Assembly: GCA_036172245.1 (NCBI GenBank)
Contig: JAYWIR010000036.1
Span: forward strand, 558,001-622,000
From: Raillietiella orientalis
Lineage: Eukaryota
Length of the DNA: 64,000 nucleotides
Direction: 5' to 3'
Shown here: in pieces, positions 28,801 through 42,719 of the stretch
How the letters are laid out: each line of letters begins with the position of its first letter
Position numbering within the stretch: position 1 is the first letter of the stretch
Translations under genes and position numbers: made by a program
Notes under the pieces: generated by a model
Told to the model about the DNA's origin: nothing
Databases searched by the model: none
Seen by the model: the letters and a program-made list of their open reading frames with translations, nothing else

Positions 28801-30378
28801 GATCTTAGCAGAAATGCAGAAACATGAAATTTGCATTTATAAATTTCCCAACTCCATAAATGAAGATGATGCCAAACTTCAGCAAGTACTGAAAGACAAA
28901 ATACCCTTTGCAGTAGTTGGTTCCAATACTATTATTGACGTAAACGGAAAGAAAGTACGAGCTCGTCAGTATCCTTGGGGAGCTGTAGAAGGTAATTGGG
29001 AATGAACTCACTCACTCACTCATTCTATTCAGTGGACAATATGGAACATTGTGATTTTATCCCACTGAGAGATATGCTCATCCGCACATACATGCAAGAT
29101 ATGAAGTTCGTCACCAACACAGTCCATTATGGAAACTATCGTCTGAAAGCTCAAGGTGGCACAGCAGCATTTAAAGATTCTAACAAGTAAGCAGTTTCTT
29201 GTGCAGTTTTTTATTTGGCAGTGCTGAGAACTAAACTGAATGTAGTTTGTGCCTTCAGACGATTATGAATGTTTTCATGGTAGTTTGGTGAGTATTGCTT
29301 GGTGTGCATGCTGGTCAGAATGTGCAAACACATAATAAATATCACTTGCTAAATGACTAGCCATCTCTATTTGCAGGAACCCATTAGCTCAAATGGAAGA
29401 AGAAATTAAGGAAAGGGAACTTAATCTGAGAAAGAAGGGACAGGACATGGAGCAGGTCTTTATTATGAAAGTTCGAGAAAAGAGTCAGAAACTTAAGGAC
29501 TCTGAAGCTGAGGTTGGTGCTGATTTTGAGTCACCAAAGTGAATAGCAGCTTCGCCAGTTAGTGCGTCAGCATGAACAGATGAAACAAAGGCTGGAGGAA
29601 CAGAGGAAAGAACTAGAAGAGAAGCAGCAACAATTCAGAGAAGAAGTAAGACAGTGGGAAGAGGCCAATGGTGTGAGTTTAGAGGAATTGCGACGCAAGA
29701 ATTTGGAATCCATCTCCAAAGAGTGAGCATTGCATCAGTTAGCCTGCCTCCTATCTTTTCCATCCTGTTTGCTTCAACTTTTGCTTTCCATATTAGTTTT
29801 GGTGATGGGGAGAAAGACTTCAGGCTGTCTCCTTCTCATATCTATAGGAAAACTTGGTCTTTGCATTGGGGTGGTAAGAAGCTTGTTTCCTGAAAGGTGA
29901 GCAACCAAGATTTTAGCTGCACTGTCATCTTCACTCAAGTGCACTTGCACTCCGCCATCATTCCTTTTATGTTTATTCTGTTGCCATGATTTTCAGGACC
30001 ACTAAACCTGTAAACCGTCTCTCCCGACGTGTTTCAGCTGTCCTTAGGGAAAGCCAACAGCGCTTCAATGCATTTAGCATGCGCAGATTCAATTCTGACA
30101 ATACTGGCTGCATAGACCATTAATCCCTCTCTGTCTGTTGACCTTCCCTGTCATCCAACTGTATGATCGACTATTCAATATGATTTATTTGTTTATCAAA
30201 CAGAATAAATGTGCTTTGTTGAGCATTATTTCCCCTCATGTTGCTGTCTGTTCCATAGTGAATGTTCTGCATGCTCAAATCATTGTGATTACTTTTGTGT
30301 ATCACACAGTGAGCTAGCTAGTACTTTTTCTTTTCTAGTTCAATGGACAGTAGAAAGAAGAAAAGGGGGTTGTTCTGA
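25811..30378 (+). CDS. SEPTIN7: Septin-7 (peanut-like), about 554 aa
   Basis: Exons 25811-25987 (inferred first coding exon), 27899-28241, 28295-28401, 28448-28991, 29033-29186, 29377-29512, 29559-29722, 30339-30378 sum to 1665 nt. [11 protein letters not shown]-loop [25 protein letters not shown], coiled coil, C-terminus [14 protein letters not shown] at 30664. Confidence 0.93.
29997..30123 (+). CDS. SEPTIN7: Putative alternative terminal coding exon of septin-7
   Basis: Acceptor ttttcag at 29990-29996 in the phase required by the donor after 29722. Stop-free 41-codon frame [41 protein letters not shown], with its own AATAAA at 30204. Confidence 0.55.
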
Positions 30379-33300
30379 AGCCTGTGCAGTCAAGCTCTAG
30401 TCCTGTATTTGTGGTGCCCTCATTGTTTCATGCTTCCTTTTGTAACTTTGGGGCACAACAAACCTTTCCGTGCATACTATCCACTGTTTACACAATTCAT
30501 CATGCATCTATTCGGTTGGTGGTACTCAACAGTGCAGCAGTAATTAATGACAGTTAATTAATGACATAGTACAAGTGCATACATGTTGGCTTTATGTATG
30601 TGGAATACTCAAGACTTTTTTTTATGTTTGTGGATTGTTCAACTTTCGACTATAGCAGTGTCTAATAAATATTTTGTAAGTTCATTACATAGTTCTATCA
30701 TTGTGCAGCACACTGCAAACGTAGAATTCCATGTTTGCCTTTCGATAGAATGAGACCGGAGTTGATACTGTATTGGCGCCATGCCAGTGGCTGCCCCTAA
30801 AATTGTTTTTCGTATCCTGCACGGGTTATTCCCACTAGATATCCTTGCCCTTGCTGCTGAGGAAATTTCTTCCCATGTAACGTAAAACCGCAGTCCATGC
30901 TCGGTCTGGATTCCAGCGACGATCGGGCCCGTCTAAAGTTGTTTTCCATAACGAATGACACCGAACCTGTGCGCGGCGCATTACGTGACCTCTTGCTTTG
31001 CCGTAAGCGTTCCCTGCCGATGAAAGACGAGAAATGCGTAACGCTATCCAGTCGAACGCATGCTTGGCCCCTGCCGTCCCTCGAAGTTTGGTTATGCTGA
31101 TGCCTATCTATAAGACGTTTTCTTGTATGAAGGTTACCATCGTCGTGGAACACTGCAAGTCGGTAAAGCAGCTCGTCTGGGCAAAACCAAGCAATGTGTG
31201 CGCCAAAACAGTTGAAAATAAAGCTGTTTTCCAGATATTTTTGACATGAAGCATTATTATTCCTCGCAGAGTGCTCATGACAGCATTTGGGAGTGGATGC
31301 CGTACCACATTATGGACCAAAAGGATCAGACGGTCTTCCTTCTCCGCTCCCAACTTCTGCATTCATTATCCGATAAATTGTAGCTCTCTGATTCCAAATC
31401 TTGCCAGCGAACCTCCGTGATGGAAGCCCGAAATTGCCTTGTTATTTTTGTATGGTTTTCGGAGAAGTGGTTTTTCTTGTTTATACCCTCTTTCCGTGGT
31501 CTTCACCTCCTCAAGTATGTTCTTGGTCGTCACGGACTGTTCATTATGCAGTTTTCGGTGCTATAGGCTGCCCGGCAGCACACGAAATCCAATATTGCAT
31601 ACCAGCTCGTGACAACACCGAAGGTTGCATTCCTTGCTCAGCCCCATTTTCGTCAAGTAAATGTAGTGTTTCACAATAATCCTTTTCCTTGCTGTTGCAC
31701 TGCCTCAAGTCAACAACTGTGAGCAAACTCTTTTGGGTAAAGCCACATTAATGCAGTTCTCTTCCCTCATTACCGAGTAGTGAGCTTTCCGGTGCAAAAC
31801 CGACGCAGTAACTTTTGACGGCTGCATTTCCCAGGCACAGTTTAATGAGGGCTTTCCATGTTTGCTTCGTCGCTACTTTTGTTTACAGGCTCCTGCTCTT
31901 TTTGTCGCAGTGGTAGTTCTCTTTGGGAAGCATCACCTGGATTCAAGTTAGGATTGGGGACATTCGTTTTCGTAGGACCCACGTCGCTTAGTGGTGTGTA
32001 CTGCGCGTGCCATTTGCTGAAAGCCTATGTTGATCTGGCCTGAGTTTTGGGACACTTGTGTCCTCGATAGTGATTTCTTTCCCTTATGTCGACAGCAGCT
32101 GTTTTCGGAGAAATGGTGACTTACGTTTCGCAACAGCGATCGCACCTCTTGTACCGAATACCAGGATCTTTAAACGTTTCTTGCTCACGAAGAGATTCCC
32201 ATTGCTAGTCACCCCCGAAACAAAATGGATCTAAAAATTCGACTTTTGCGGAAATCCTTGTCCGTAAGAACTTACTTAACGGTACTAATGATTCCTCGGA
32301 AGTTCAAGAAGCCATTCGAATCATTCCGAACTTGCAAAAATTTCAGCAGATGCTTCGAGCCTCAATTGTACCGTTGCAAACTGGGGCGCTACTGAAAAAT
32401 CTCCAAGGGACTAAGTCGTGCTAAACCATCAGAAAAAGGGTTGGTACATGGTTGGGCGAATGCAGCAAACGGAAAAATTCAGATTGTAAAAAAAGGAAAA
32501 GCGAAGAACCCAAACTGGAAATCAGATTCTATTCAGACTCTATTGGTGCTTGGATGTTGGGGATACACTTGAAATCAAGTTTGTGTTGCATACTCAGGCC
32601 TTCGAATCTTGAATACTGGTGTGGGCATGCTGTTCTCATGACCAGACAGTGGTTCATCTCATGATCAACCTCATCGTGCCACGGACGCAGCAGCGTGTTT
32701 CACACGAGCCGCTACTGTCTACTATAACGCTGGTGTTTAAAAGTGGGCACAGAAAAAATCGAAAACTTTATCGGACCTAAGTAGTTACTTGCCAAAGACT
32801 CTGGTTAACTTGAGTGTCAGCTGCCGAGCTTATTTCCGTAAGATCTGAACCATCCTTATCGAGTTGGATTCTGCACAGTGAATCAAACGTCCACTTTTGT
32901 AACTGGTGTTCAGTTTCACTCTAATGCTCGGTTGAATTCAGTTTCATTTGAATGAAATCGAACACGGGCCGCACTGTATATATGAGCCCTGCTAATCCGA
33001 TGACTTCAAAATTCCAGAGCGGATGTTGCTGGTTTTGAATGGAAACAACAAATGGTTCAGAAATTTACATGTAGTACATAATGCTTTTCGATATCTCCGT
33101 TGGCGCGAAAACATTTCCAGGATTCAAGATTTTTCGTTTAAAAAAATATTTTACCAAACAGTCTTGGTATCTTTCAAACGGACTAGTAGGCTGATATTCT
33201 ATGTGTATCTTTACAAAAAAACACAGGCACAAGCATCCAAGCAAGGCAAGTCCCTCAGACAGTTTCGTCAACGGCGTTTCCATGTGTTGCATCTCTTCTC

Positions 33301-34914
33301 GCGCACACCGCTTAAGCGAGCATAAGCAAACGCGTTTGTGGACGGCTGTGGCTTTTCTGCACCCAGCTGGAAATTACCTCTTTGGACAAGACGATAAGAA
33401 ATAGAAAATGAAAGGAAATTTTCCGTTTCGCAAAAAGTCATTCATTTAGTTTCTTCCTCAAAAACTTAAAAAGTAGCCATCTGCCGGAAAAAGAATTCTG
33501 AATATCCAAAGAGTGTTGCCATCTCCCAACGACATGGAGAGAATCGAAAACTTGAAATCTGGAAGACTGAAGAACAGCGACACTTAATTGCAGTTCAGAC
33601 ACAAAGGGTGTGTATTGTTAGTTCTTAATGATGAGCAACTACTACAACACATCCGTAAAAGACATGTTCCTAGTCATGTTCCTTCCTAGAAATCTTTTTT
33701 TTACATTTTCACCATTTGTGACTTAACGTTTAGAAAGGTACAATTCAACGCTTTAAGATTCTATTCCATCTTAACAGATAGCAAATAAATCTATGAATCG
33801 TCCAAACTGAGCTCTCGTATCTGAAGTAACTCCCACACTCCGTGAAAAACGTTTAAAAAAAAAACCTTTAAAATACAATGAAACCTCATGACAAATAAAA
33901 AGTTAATCTGCTCTACTAATGTTAAATGTGTTTTACGAACACCACAGAAACTACTAAATTCTAAACCACTTCAACAGTCTTCTTCATTATTTAAATTTTG
34001 ATCAAGCTTTAGCATTTCTTGCAAAACAAGGAGAGGAAAATAACTTATTGCTAAGGTAGCTTGAGAAACTTGCCGAATCCTGACGTTCTGAACCAGATAG
34101 TCATAATTTAATATTCTAATAATAGCTGTTATTCCCCACTTAAATCAATAGAAATGCTAGGAAACATAGGAACAAGAGAACAGAAGTGGGTGCATTGATT
34201 CTTTGGATGGACATTACAGTTTCTAATATCTATTACCACATGAAATTTCAATTCTTATAGGGGATTTTTACAAAATAAGATCCTTATAAGAGGTTTCATG
34301 AGCTGCAATCATTAATCACATTTCAGTAAAGCCATAAAAAAGCAAAAATGAAAAAAAAGACATTTCAATTCAGAATTGTTGTAAAATATGAACGCAAAAC
34401 ATAAATAAATTAATATGAAAAGGTAAAATATAAATAAAAATGGCAAAATTCACAATGCAAATTTTTAATGAATTTTTTTCCAGACAAATGTGTGGAATCC
34501 TATCAAAATATTCCTTTGTAGAGGCATGTGAAAAATTTGAAAAAAAAAAAACGGTCTTGAGACTGACTCTTAGTGAGATACAAAAACTCCACAAAAAAAT
34601 CTATACTTTCTGCAACTCTGTAGCGTTGCTTCCTACTTTGTGGAAACTTTCCAATAATATTGTTTCCTAAATGTGGTCCCAGTATGCAATACACACTGCG
34701 TCAAGTATGGATATATTCGATGATCCCTTGGAAGTCAAAATGATTCGATGAATCGATTCTCAAGTGCATGCATTGAAACATTGAAGAATTACTGGCAACA
34801 AATTTAGTAAAACTGTTATTGATCCCTAATTTTGATTTTATTCATTTTATGATGTTGCATTTTGCGCTTTTCAAATCCACGGATTGAAACACTGCTTTAT
34901 TCGAAACAGCAGAA

Positions 34915-35010
34915 ACATATTATAAGATTACATATATATAACAGATTACAGTTATATATAACATTACATTAACAGATTACAATGACAGATTACATATATT
35001 ACATATTAAC
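34915..35010. repeat. Imperfect AT-rich minisatellite (ACAGATTACA / ATATATAAC units)
   Basis: agattaca occurs four times, interleaved with tatatataac/ttacattaac. Confidence 0.6.
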
Positions 35011-35577
35011 GAAATAGATAGAAATAACATCTAGATAAAATCGGAACAGAAATTACTCTTCGAAAAAAATGAAAATATTTTAAAAATGTCACGAAAATGT
35101 CACGACTAAACAAACCAATAGCGGCGAGACTGAAAGGTATTCATCAGCAGGGAAACTAAAAATTGCCATTTCATTTTCAGAAATATATTGTATTATTCAA
35201 TATATGATGTCGAATCGTATTATGAATAATCCTTGTGATAGTTACGGAATTTGATCACTTAGATTACATTTCTTTCATCACTGAAATTCTTATGACGAAG
35301 AATTTCAATCATGAAAATTGCAACTTGAAATTTTGACTTATTTTTATTGTGAACGATGTAGATTAGAGAACGCAGTCCTGATTACCTCTAGTGAAATGGG
35401 TAGAAGGTTTTCATTCATAACTCCAAGTATGACATTCAGTTGAATTTTGCACACTCAAAGATACCATTGATAGAGCTTATGCTTTATTCTCTTTCTGAAT
35501 AAGAATACTGCAACTCCCACAAACAATGAGTTATTATGGTACGATGTTTTCGGTGTTGTATGGAGATCCTTTTTAAG

Positions 35578-35661
35578 AAAATAAACTATGCTGTTAAACT
35601 ATGCTGTTCTATGAAAATAAACTATGCTGTTAAACATTTTTATCAAAATAAACTATGCTGT
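35578..35661. repeat. Four copies of AAACTATGCTGT upstream of SNRPD1
   Basis: Exact 12-mer four times, three of them extended to AAAATAAACTATGCTGT. Confidence 0.8.
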
Positions 35662-36033
35662 GAAATAGTAAAATGCCAGTTGTACTGATAGAGGTTTTTT
35701 TTTGTTATTGCATTATCATGAGATTAACCTGGAATGAAGTTCTCATATGGCACAATCATCAATTAATTATCATTATTCATAAATTCAAATTATAAAGTTT
35801 AATGTTTTATTGATTTTAGTTTTACAAAATCTTTTGATTAATTGTTCTTGTTTACCTGTTTTATCCATGAGATTATTTAAGAAGTTGTAGATAAGAAATT
35901 AAGATAGATGCAATCTGATACCCCTGTTCATACTATTGTAAACTTCGCGGCATGTTTCTCCGGCGATGTTCGGTAATTGAAGTAGTAATAATTTAGAAGA
36001 TATATTAAGTATTCAAAAAGTAATAATCCGAAG

Positions 36034-38812
36034 ATGAAGCTAGTTAGGCAAGTAAACTTAAATACTTGGCTAAAATTATTGTTTAAGCTCCTCTTGGTGA
36101 TTAATTATTGTGTTAAATGTGTAGCCCTTTTCAAGTGTAAAATGCTTTAAAACAAAAAATTTGATTGTGAGGAATCTGTGTATCAAAAATAATTATTAGA
36201 ATTGTTTCTTAAAATTTATTTGAAAATATTTGATATCTTGAATGCTTTTGATTGTACATATGCACTTAATTCAAAGTTTCCAGATTCTTAATGAAGCTCA
36301 GTCATGAAACTGTAACAATAGAGTTGAAAAACGGCACACAGGTCCATGGAACCATAACAGGTTAGCTTGTTAAAACTATTCATGTATTGAAAATTACAAA
36401 TATTGTCAACTGGGCAAGTATTTCTTTGAAAAACCAATTTATCATGTTGGTTGTCCATTCAAGTGTAAAGTATATTGTAGAGATGTACCAAATTGACTTT
36501 GTGAAAGTATTAAAAGATGTGAAAATTGTTTAAATGAAGAATAATAAAGTAAGAAAGACATTAAAAATTATGTGAAAATATTAAAATTAGAAGAATGCAA
36601 AGTTGTGCAGATCAATTTTCTTTGGATCCATGTAAACATGGGATTAAAATCTGTTATTGAAACTTCAAAGTGGCAAATTCTCAATGTTCATTATTAAGAT
36701 TCATTGAATCAGTTACTCGCTCGATAGAATTTGGAGAATGGCATTACAATAATAATGTAATTAATCTTTCCGTTTAATGTATTTATATATGGTATTATAA
36801 AATGTAAATAAGTATACTTTTAATTCAATTAATCTCTAAGAATTCTTAAAGAACTGCTTTAAGTACTTCGAGGATAATTGAATTAAGGTCATATGGAATG
36901 GAAGTTTCTATAGGTACAGGACAATTGATGGAATGAAATAATCAAGCTTTGAAATGTATTTTGCAAAAATTGTACTGCTATAGTGGTGAGTTCATACTTT
37001 GGATTTGCCTTATGTTAGATTGCAACATGTAAAAACTAACAAATTTCATCTTCTTACCTATGTGTACGGTATACATATTTCTATATTCTTATATAAAAAT
37101 GTGATGCATGCAGCAAAATGATTATGGGGCAAATCATAGACCAAGATCACTTTGTGTCGAAAATTGAACTTTTATGAAAAATATGAAACTTTTAGGTGGA
37201 TTAAAGCATGTTTGTCTGCATTTCTCAGAATAGGAGATAGGATGCAAAGCAAACTCTAAACTTGTTCTACCAGTTGGAAGTTAGTTAGCTATACAGTTAT
37301 CTTTAACACTCTCGCTGCCTCTCTTTCATCCCAGTTCTCACTAGCTTGTATGCATCAAGTATTCACAAAATGGTAATCAGCAATTTCTACTCTGGCTTAA
37401 TTTTTCATGGACCAATCCAAGTCAGAATGGTGCCATAACTGAATTGGAACATCTTCTTCCATGCACTTCCATGCATCTTCTTCCATGTTTTTTGTCTCTC
37501 GTTCTTGTTTTTCATTTGGTTACTTTGTAAAAACCAGTTTATTACAAATATTTGAACTGAATCCATATGTGTGAATGTTACATACTTTTCAAGTAGTCAA
37601 AAATGCATTGTAAATAATTGGAAGGGAAAAAAACATTCGTTTTTTTCATATAATCTTTTGTGTAATTCTAAATCTAAGGTTTAGTTTATTGCCATTTGAT
37701 CCCAACCTGTTTGATAGTGAGCACATTATGATACCAATTGCTATAGGATTAGTATTCAGCATTTGCTCACTTTCTTAAGCTCTTCTGCAAGCTTGGAATG
37801 CTGCCTTGTACACCTGCAATGAACCATCTTGCAGGTGAACCACAGTTGCTTGATAAGTTTTTTAGGTTTATTTCATGGTCGCTGTTGTAGATTCTGGGGA
37901 AAAGTGAATAGGAAATAAAATTTAAAGTTGTTAAAGAAATAAAATTAAAACATATGTGAACAGAACATGGAAACCAGGCATATGTGATACCAGTAGCATT
38001 AAAAACAGATGGAAAAAGCTGTAAAGAAAGCAAATTGTGGATGTAATTAGATCAGCTTGTTAATTTTGTATTGTAGGATTTTTTTTTAAAGATTCATGTA
38101 CATAAGAAGGAAATCATGTCTTAACCAGTTTAATCATATGAGTTGATAATTTAGCATTCCTTGTACACATGTGCTGCCTTTTTTATTTATGTATTCTCTG
38201 AGAGTTCATGTAAATATTTATGACTGCTGTTTCTGCTATCAAATTAATGAAAGTTTTAATTTTGAGTCCATTGATCAACATGCTCCTGATACTGATTGTA
38301 ATCATAAGGTTAGAACATGTAAAAATAACTTGCATCATTGTTTTGTTGTTAAGAATCATATTATTTGAGACTCAGGCGCACTCACTAAAAAGATAAGTGT
38401 GATTGGTTAGTTGTTTTCAGAGTAAAGCTTTTATCAACAGTTTGCTTATTGTGTATTTTGTGTTCATCCTGTTTAGGAGTGGATGTTGCAATGAACACCC
38501 ATCTAAAAGCAGTAAAGATGACAGTGAAAAACAGAGACCCAGTGCAGCTGGATACACTCAGTATCCGTGGAAACAACATTCGCTACTACATTCTTCCCGA
38601 CTCTTTGCCCCTGGAAACTTTACTGATAGATGAAACACCTAAAGCCAGAGCAAAGAGAGCAAAAGAAAAAGGTAATGCGTAAGGCTTTCTATTGACAGCA
38701 TCAATTATGTATTCTAGTTGCTGTGAGAGGGCGAGGTAGAGGACGAGGAGGACCACGTGGACGAGGAGGACGTGGTGGAGGTGGTGGCAGAGGAAGAGGA
38801 GGACGTCGCTGA
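36034..38812 (+). CDS. SNRPD1: Small nuclear ribonucleoprotein Sm D1, 126 aa
   Basis: Exons 36034-36047, 36284-36360, 38477-38671, 38718-38812 sum to 381 nt. [65 protein letters not shown]-repeat tail. Intron 1 has a GC donor. Confidence 0.97.
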
Positions 38813-41800
38813 TAATTCATTCAGCTTTGATCGAATACATTGACGTCGAGATCAATTTGACATTTCCCTAATTTTTGCACATAATTGTTACATGTGAAGA
38901 CTGAAGCCATCCAGGAATGGGTGGAATTAAAAATTCAGTGTTGCTCTTTTTATAGCTTGCAGTTTACAGATTGCACATGCACCTCAACTGGATTTTCAAA
39001 AAGTGGTGTCTAAGTATTCTAGGGATGTCCCTTGAATTTTAAATCCTTTCAGTTGCAATATTTTGTAAAAGAGGAGCCTTGTTCTGTGTGAAAGTCTAAA
39101 AGTAGTGCATTTTATTAAGACAAGTTAAATAAGACAAGAACAAAAGTCACAAGGAGTTGACAACGAGATGTGCATAAGAAAGTAGGCAAGGATTTTTTCT
39201 TTGAATTCTTAAATTGAAAAAAACCCTTTAATTCTTCACAATTGCTTGGATTTGAATTGTATTTTCATGTTGGCATTCAGGGATTTCAGCGTAGGTAGCC
39301 CTTTATTATCTTATTAGTATGAGACGCAATGCAGTGAATGACTTTTTGCATCAGTTCTGCCCTAGAATGGTGTACATGGATTTTCATCCTTGCACGTAGA
39401 GTTTAGGCTGGCGATGAGTTGACACAGTTTGGAGGCGTTTAAAATTGCCTAGTTGATTTCTGCATTGGAGAAACGGTTTGAAGACTGCATAATAAGGAAC
39501 ATTTTGTGGCCGTTGAAATTACTCTTTATCGCGTTTTAATGCGAAATGGTTTGATCACAATTCAAAGATGAAGGTTTTTCTTTGTGCATTCATAAGCGCT
39601 GCAGAGTCTGATGGTTCCATTCTTTCACGTTTGAATTACTGATAATGATTGACCACAGCATTATTTCGAAGAAAGCAAGTACAAAGTTTCCCTGCGCCTG
39701 ATCTTAACACATTATGTACTGAATCAAGGAAACACAGATGCCTTGGAAGAATCCATTATGCAAGTTTCCTGCTTTGCCAGGGACTACACGAAACACCCAA
39801 GTTCACAAGTGTGACTACAAATATAAAGCTGTGCGGCAACATTGATGTGTTACTCAGGGCACTTCCACGTCAGGAACGAGGTACATCTCTGTGCTGACAT
39901 CAAGCAGCCCATGAAAATCAACTTGCAGACGTTGCTCTCCTGCTTCTAGGTCGAAAGGCTTGACCGGTAGTGGCTCTGGGAGGATGGTCTCCGCTCATGA
40001 TGCCCTGCTGCTTCCCACAGAATGTAGTGTGATCAATATTAACGTTACTTATTTGGGGTGCGTTGGAATCCGCACTGTGCCCCCCGAGGAAGCGTGAAGG
40101 TGCCTTCTCCCGGAAACCGTTAAAGAAAAATTGTTTGGAAGGTAGTTCAATGCTGAAAGTAAATCTTTCAATGCCACATGTCGATGAAACCAATAAGCGT
40201 GAGTGCTCGGCACCGATTTTGATTTTACGGCATCCAGCATCGTCATCGAAACTGGAACGGACGAAACGGCGGTTTTATCTATGCGAGTTTTCATAACGGC
40301 GGTGGTTATGAAAGTAAGCTTCTCTCTGTCTGCCACGAAAGCCTTTGCAAGCACAGATTCCATGTTGGAAATGTTCCCACTGGAATGGTTGGGCCCCAAA
40401 CGGATTCTGCTGCCACAAAGAGTTCAAGTTTCTGTTTGATTTCGTGTCTTCGCTTGTCCGGAGGAAACCTTAGTATTCTTCGAAAAGCAGGCATTCATCT
40501 GCAAGAGGGACTATTTCGAGGCGAACTGATGCGCCGCAGAGACATCACATACAACTGTTATTCCATTTCGCCAACTAGGTGAACGAAAACCTACGACTTT
40601 GGGGGGTGCGCCGCCAACGGAAAATCGTGGTGAATTTTCAGCCCCCCCCCGCGAAAGCAAAACTGCTTTTAGCTGAAATGCTGCTATCGAAACTGCTCTG
40701 GACATGAGGTTGTCGTCTGTTTGGTGATTTCCCATTGCAACGCTAAAACCTTCACCCATCACGATTGCCAGATGGTTCTACAAACGAGTGAGTGCATCAC
40801 ACTTTTTTTCCCCCATTTGCGATAATAGTTGGGCGATAAACGAAGTAATTTTAGTTCTCGTATAAATGGATACTTTCCCTATCAACGTGCAACCTCTTCT
40901 GAAGAGCCATCTAACTAACCACTTGGCGAGTTCAATCTAATTAACTTTTCAGAATAAGCTCTTCCATGGAGCTACGGAGTCCACTCAGGAGCAAGCAGAA
41001 ATCGGCACTCTTACATATCCGATCCAGCTCTTTTTATGCACAGTTTTGTTTGTTGGTGCTGGGGAATGCAGATTTGAGGTTTCGCAAGGCGCTCCGAAGA
41101 GGAGGACACAAACGAAATGCCGTAATTTGTGATTTTATATGAGGTCATGATGAAGTTTTACCTAACTCTGTGCACTTGTTTGATTTCTTTATGTGGAATG
41201 CAATTCAAAGGAACATCATTACGAAATAGGGGCCACGCTAAAATGTTCCCTAAGCCAATCAGAAATCGGAAAGCAGGTTGTGACTTCTTAGGTGAATAGC
41301 TTAGGTGGCACAGTTTTTTTTTTTTTAAATAAAACACACACACACACACACACACTAGCTCGAAATTCACGTGTACCTCTCGCCGCATGTAGCGTGGACG
41401 CTGCATCTTCTTGCACGCACACAAGCATTTCAGCACAACAGTCTCTTCTGCGGAAGAATTTAAAAATTTGTTACCGCATCCAACAGGGGACGGAAGCTCA
41501 GATGGAAATAACTTGAGGATCCTTGGAAGATGAGAAGAATCCTCATCACTCCTCTCGTCAAGCAGGTGGTGGTTGCCGTGACGGCTTTCAAGACGTGAAG
41601 ACACTCGTAGAGCAGCATCAGTCAGAATTCAACAGCGTACGGGGACCGCCATGGGGCGAATGAGATCCTACGATCGCTCTGCAACGAAATCGAGTTATAC
41701 GGGTTGCTTTTGCGTTCCGTGTTTACTTTGCCAATTTACCCATTGATTCTCCGTGCATCCCAAATATCAATTCCGCATGTCGATGTGACTACCTCTTGCA

Positions 41801-42719
41801 AGACCGTAATAAAATTATGATGGATGATTTCGAAGATGGAGTTGCACGAACAGCGTACTTAGGGATAATGGTATTTTTTTTTTTTTTTACAAAAGGTACG
41901 TTGTTTATACAACTCCATCCAAAAAGTGGAAAGGATACCTTCCAGCATGACCTTTTGAAAAGGTCATGACCTTTGAATTCAAATGGTTCTTTTCAAAACA
42001 ATCATTTTGTGAATTCAAAGGATTTTATGTTATAAATACATTTTCTTTTATATTTCCTGCAAAAACAAAAACACACACACAAAGAAGACAAAATTCTGTA
42101 CATCAGTGTACAGTTTTCGCTCTTATAATGTTTAGAGGGCTGAATCACGTCTTGGCTGTGAAATGCCATGCCCTAGGCACAGGTTCACGATCCTGGTGAG
42201 CCGTCACGTTCGACCTGCGACTCAAAATGCTGAACGAGAGATTTTCTGTCCGCGGGCACCTGTGGGCATACTCCAGTAAAGCACCAGAGTGGACTTTGTC
42301 GGCGAAACGCCTGCCGATTTTCCACAGGCAGGCGACAGAAACTTCGTAGGATTCTTCGCCTGAGCAGGCCTGACCAGATTTTGTCGTTATGGGAACATCA
42401 TGCAAGCGGCGTACTAGAACGACCGCGTCTCTTGGACTTTGAGGTCTTTGGAACAACCCGTTCCGTCCCGTCTTTTGTGATCTTCACAATTTGTGATCTT
42501 TCTCCGTGCACCAATGGAACTTGGCAGATGTCGCGAGTTCCAAAAGTCTCTCCCCTCCCTTCAGCTAACCGTGCACTTGCAGAGGCAGAGCGAAGCAGAA
42601 CGAAGGGGAAAAACCGAACTGAGGTCTTCTAAGGCCTCGTCCTGTAGCTGCAAGTCCAGGAGGGTTGCTGAGGCCGAATTCTTGCCGAGCTTTCCAACAG
42701 GTCGGTAGTCCGAAGATTT

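Noticed and set aside
35578..35661. CRISPR-like repeat-spacer array
   Set aside because: Repeats are only 12-17 nt with very short, irregular spacers, the context is eukaryotic, and no cas genes are present.
37800..37850. H/ACA snoRNA in SNRPD1 intron 2 (CACCTGCAA/TTGCAGGTG hairpin followed by ACA)
   Set aside because: No lower stem or pseudouridylation pocket, and no clear first hairpin plus H box; needs snoRNA-specific software.
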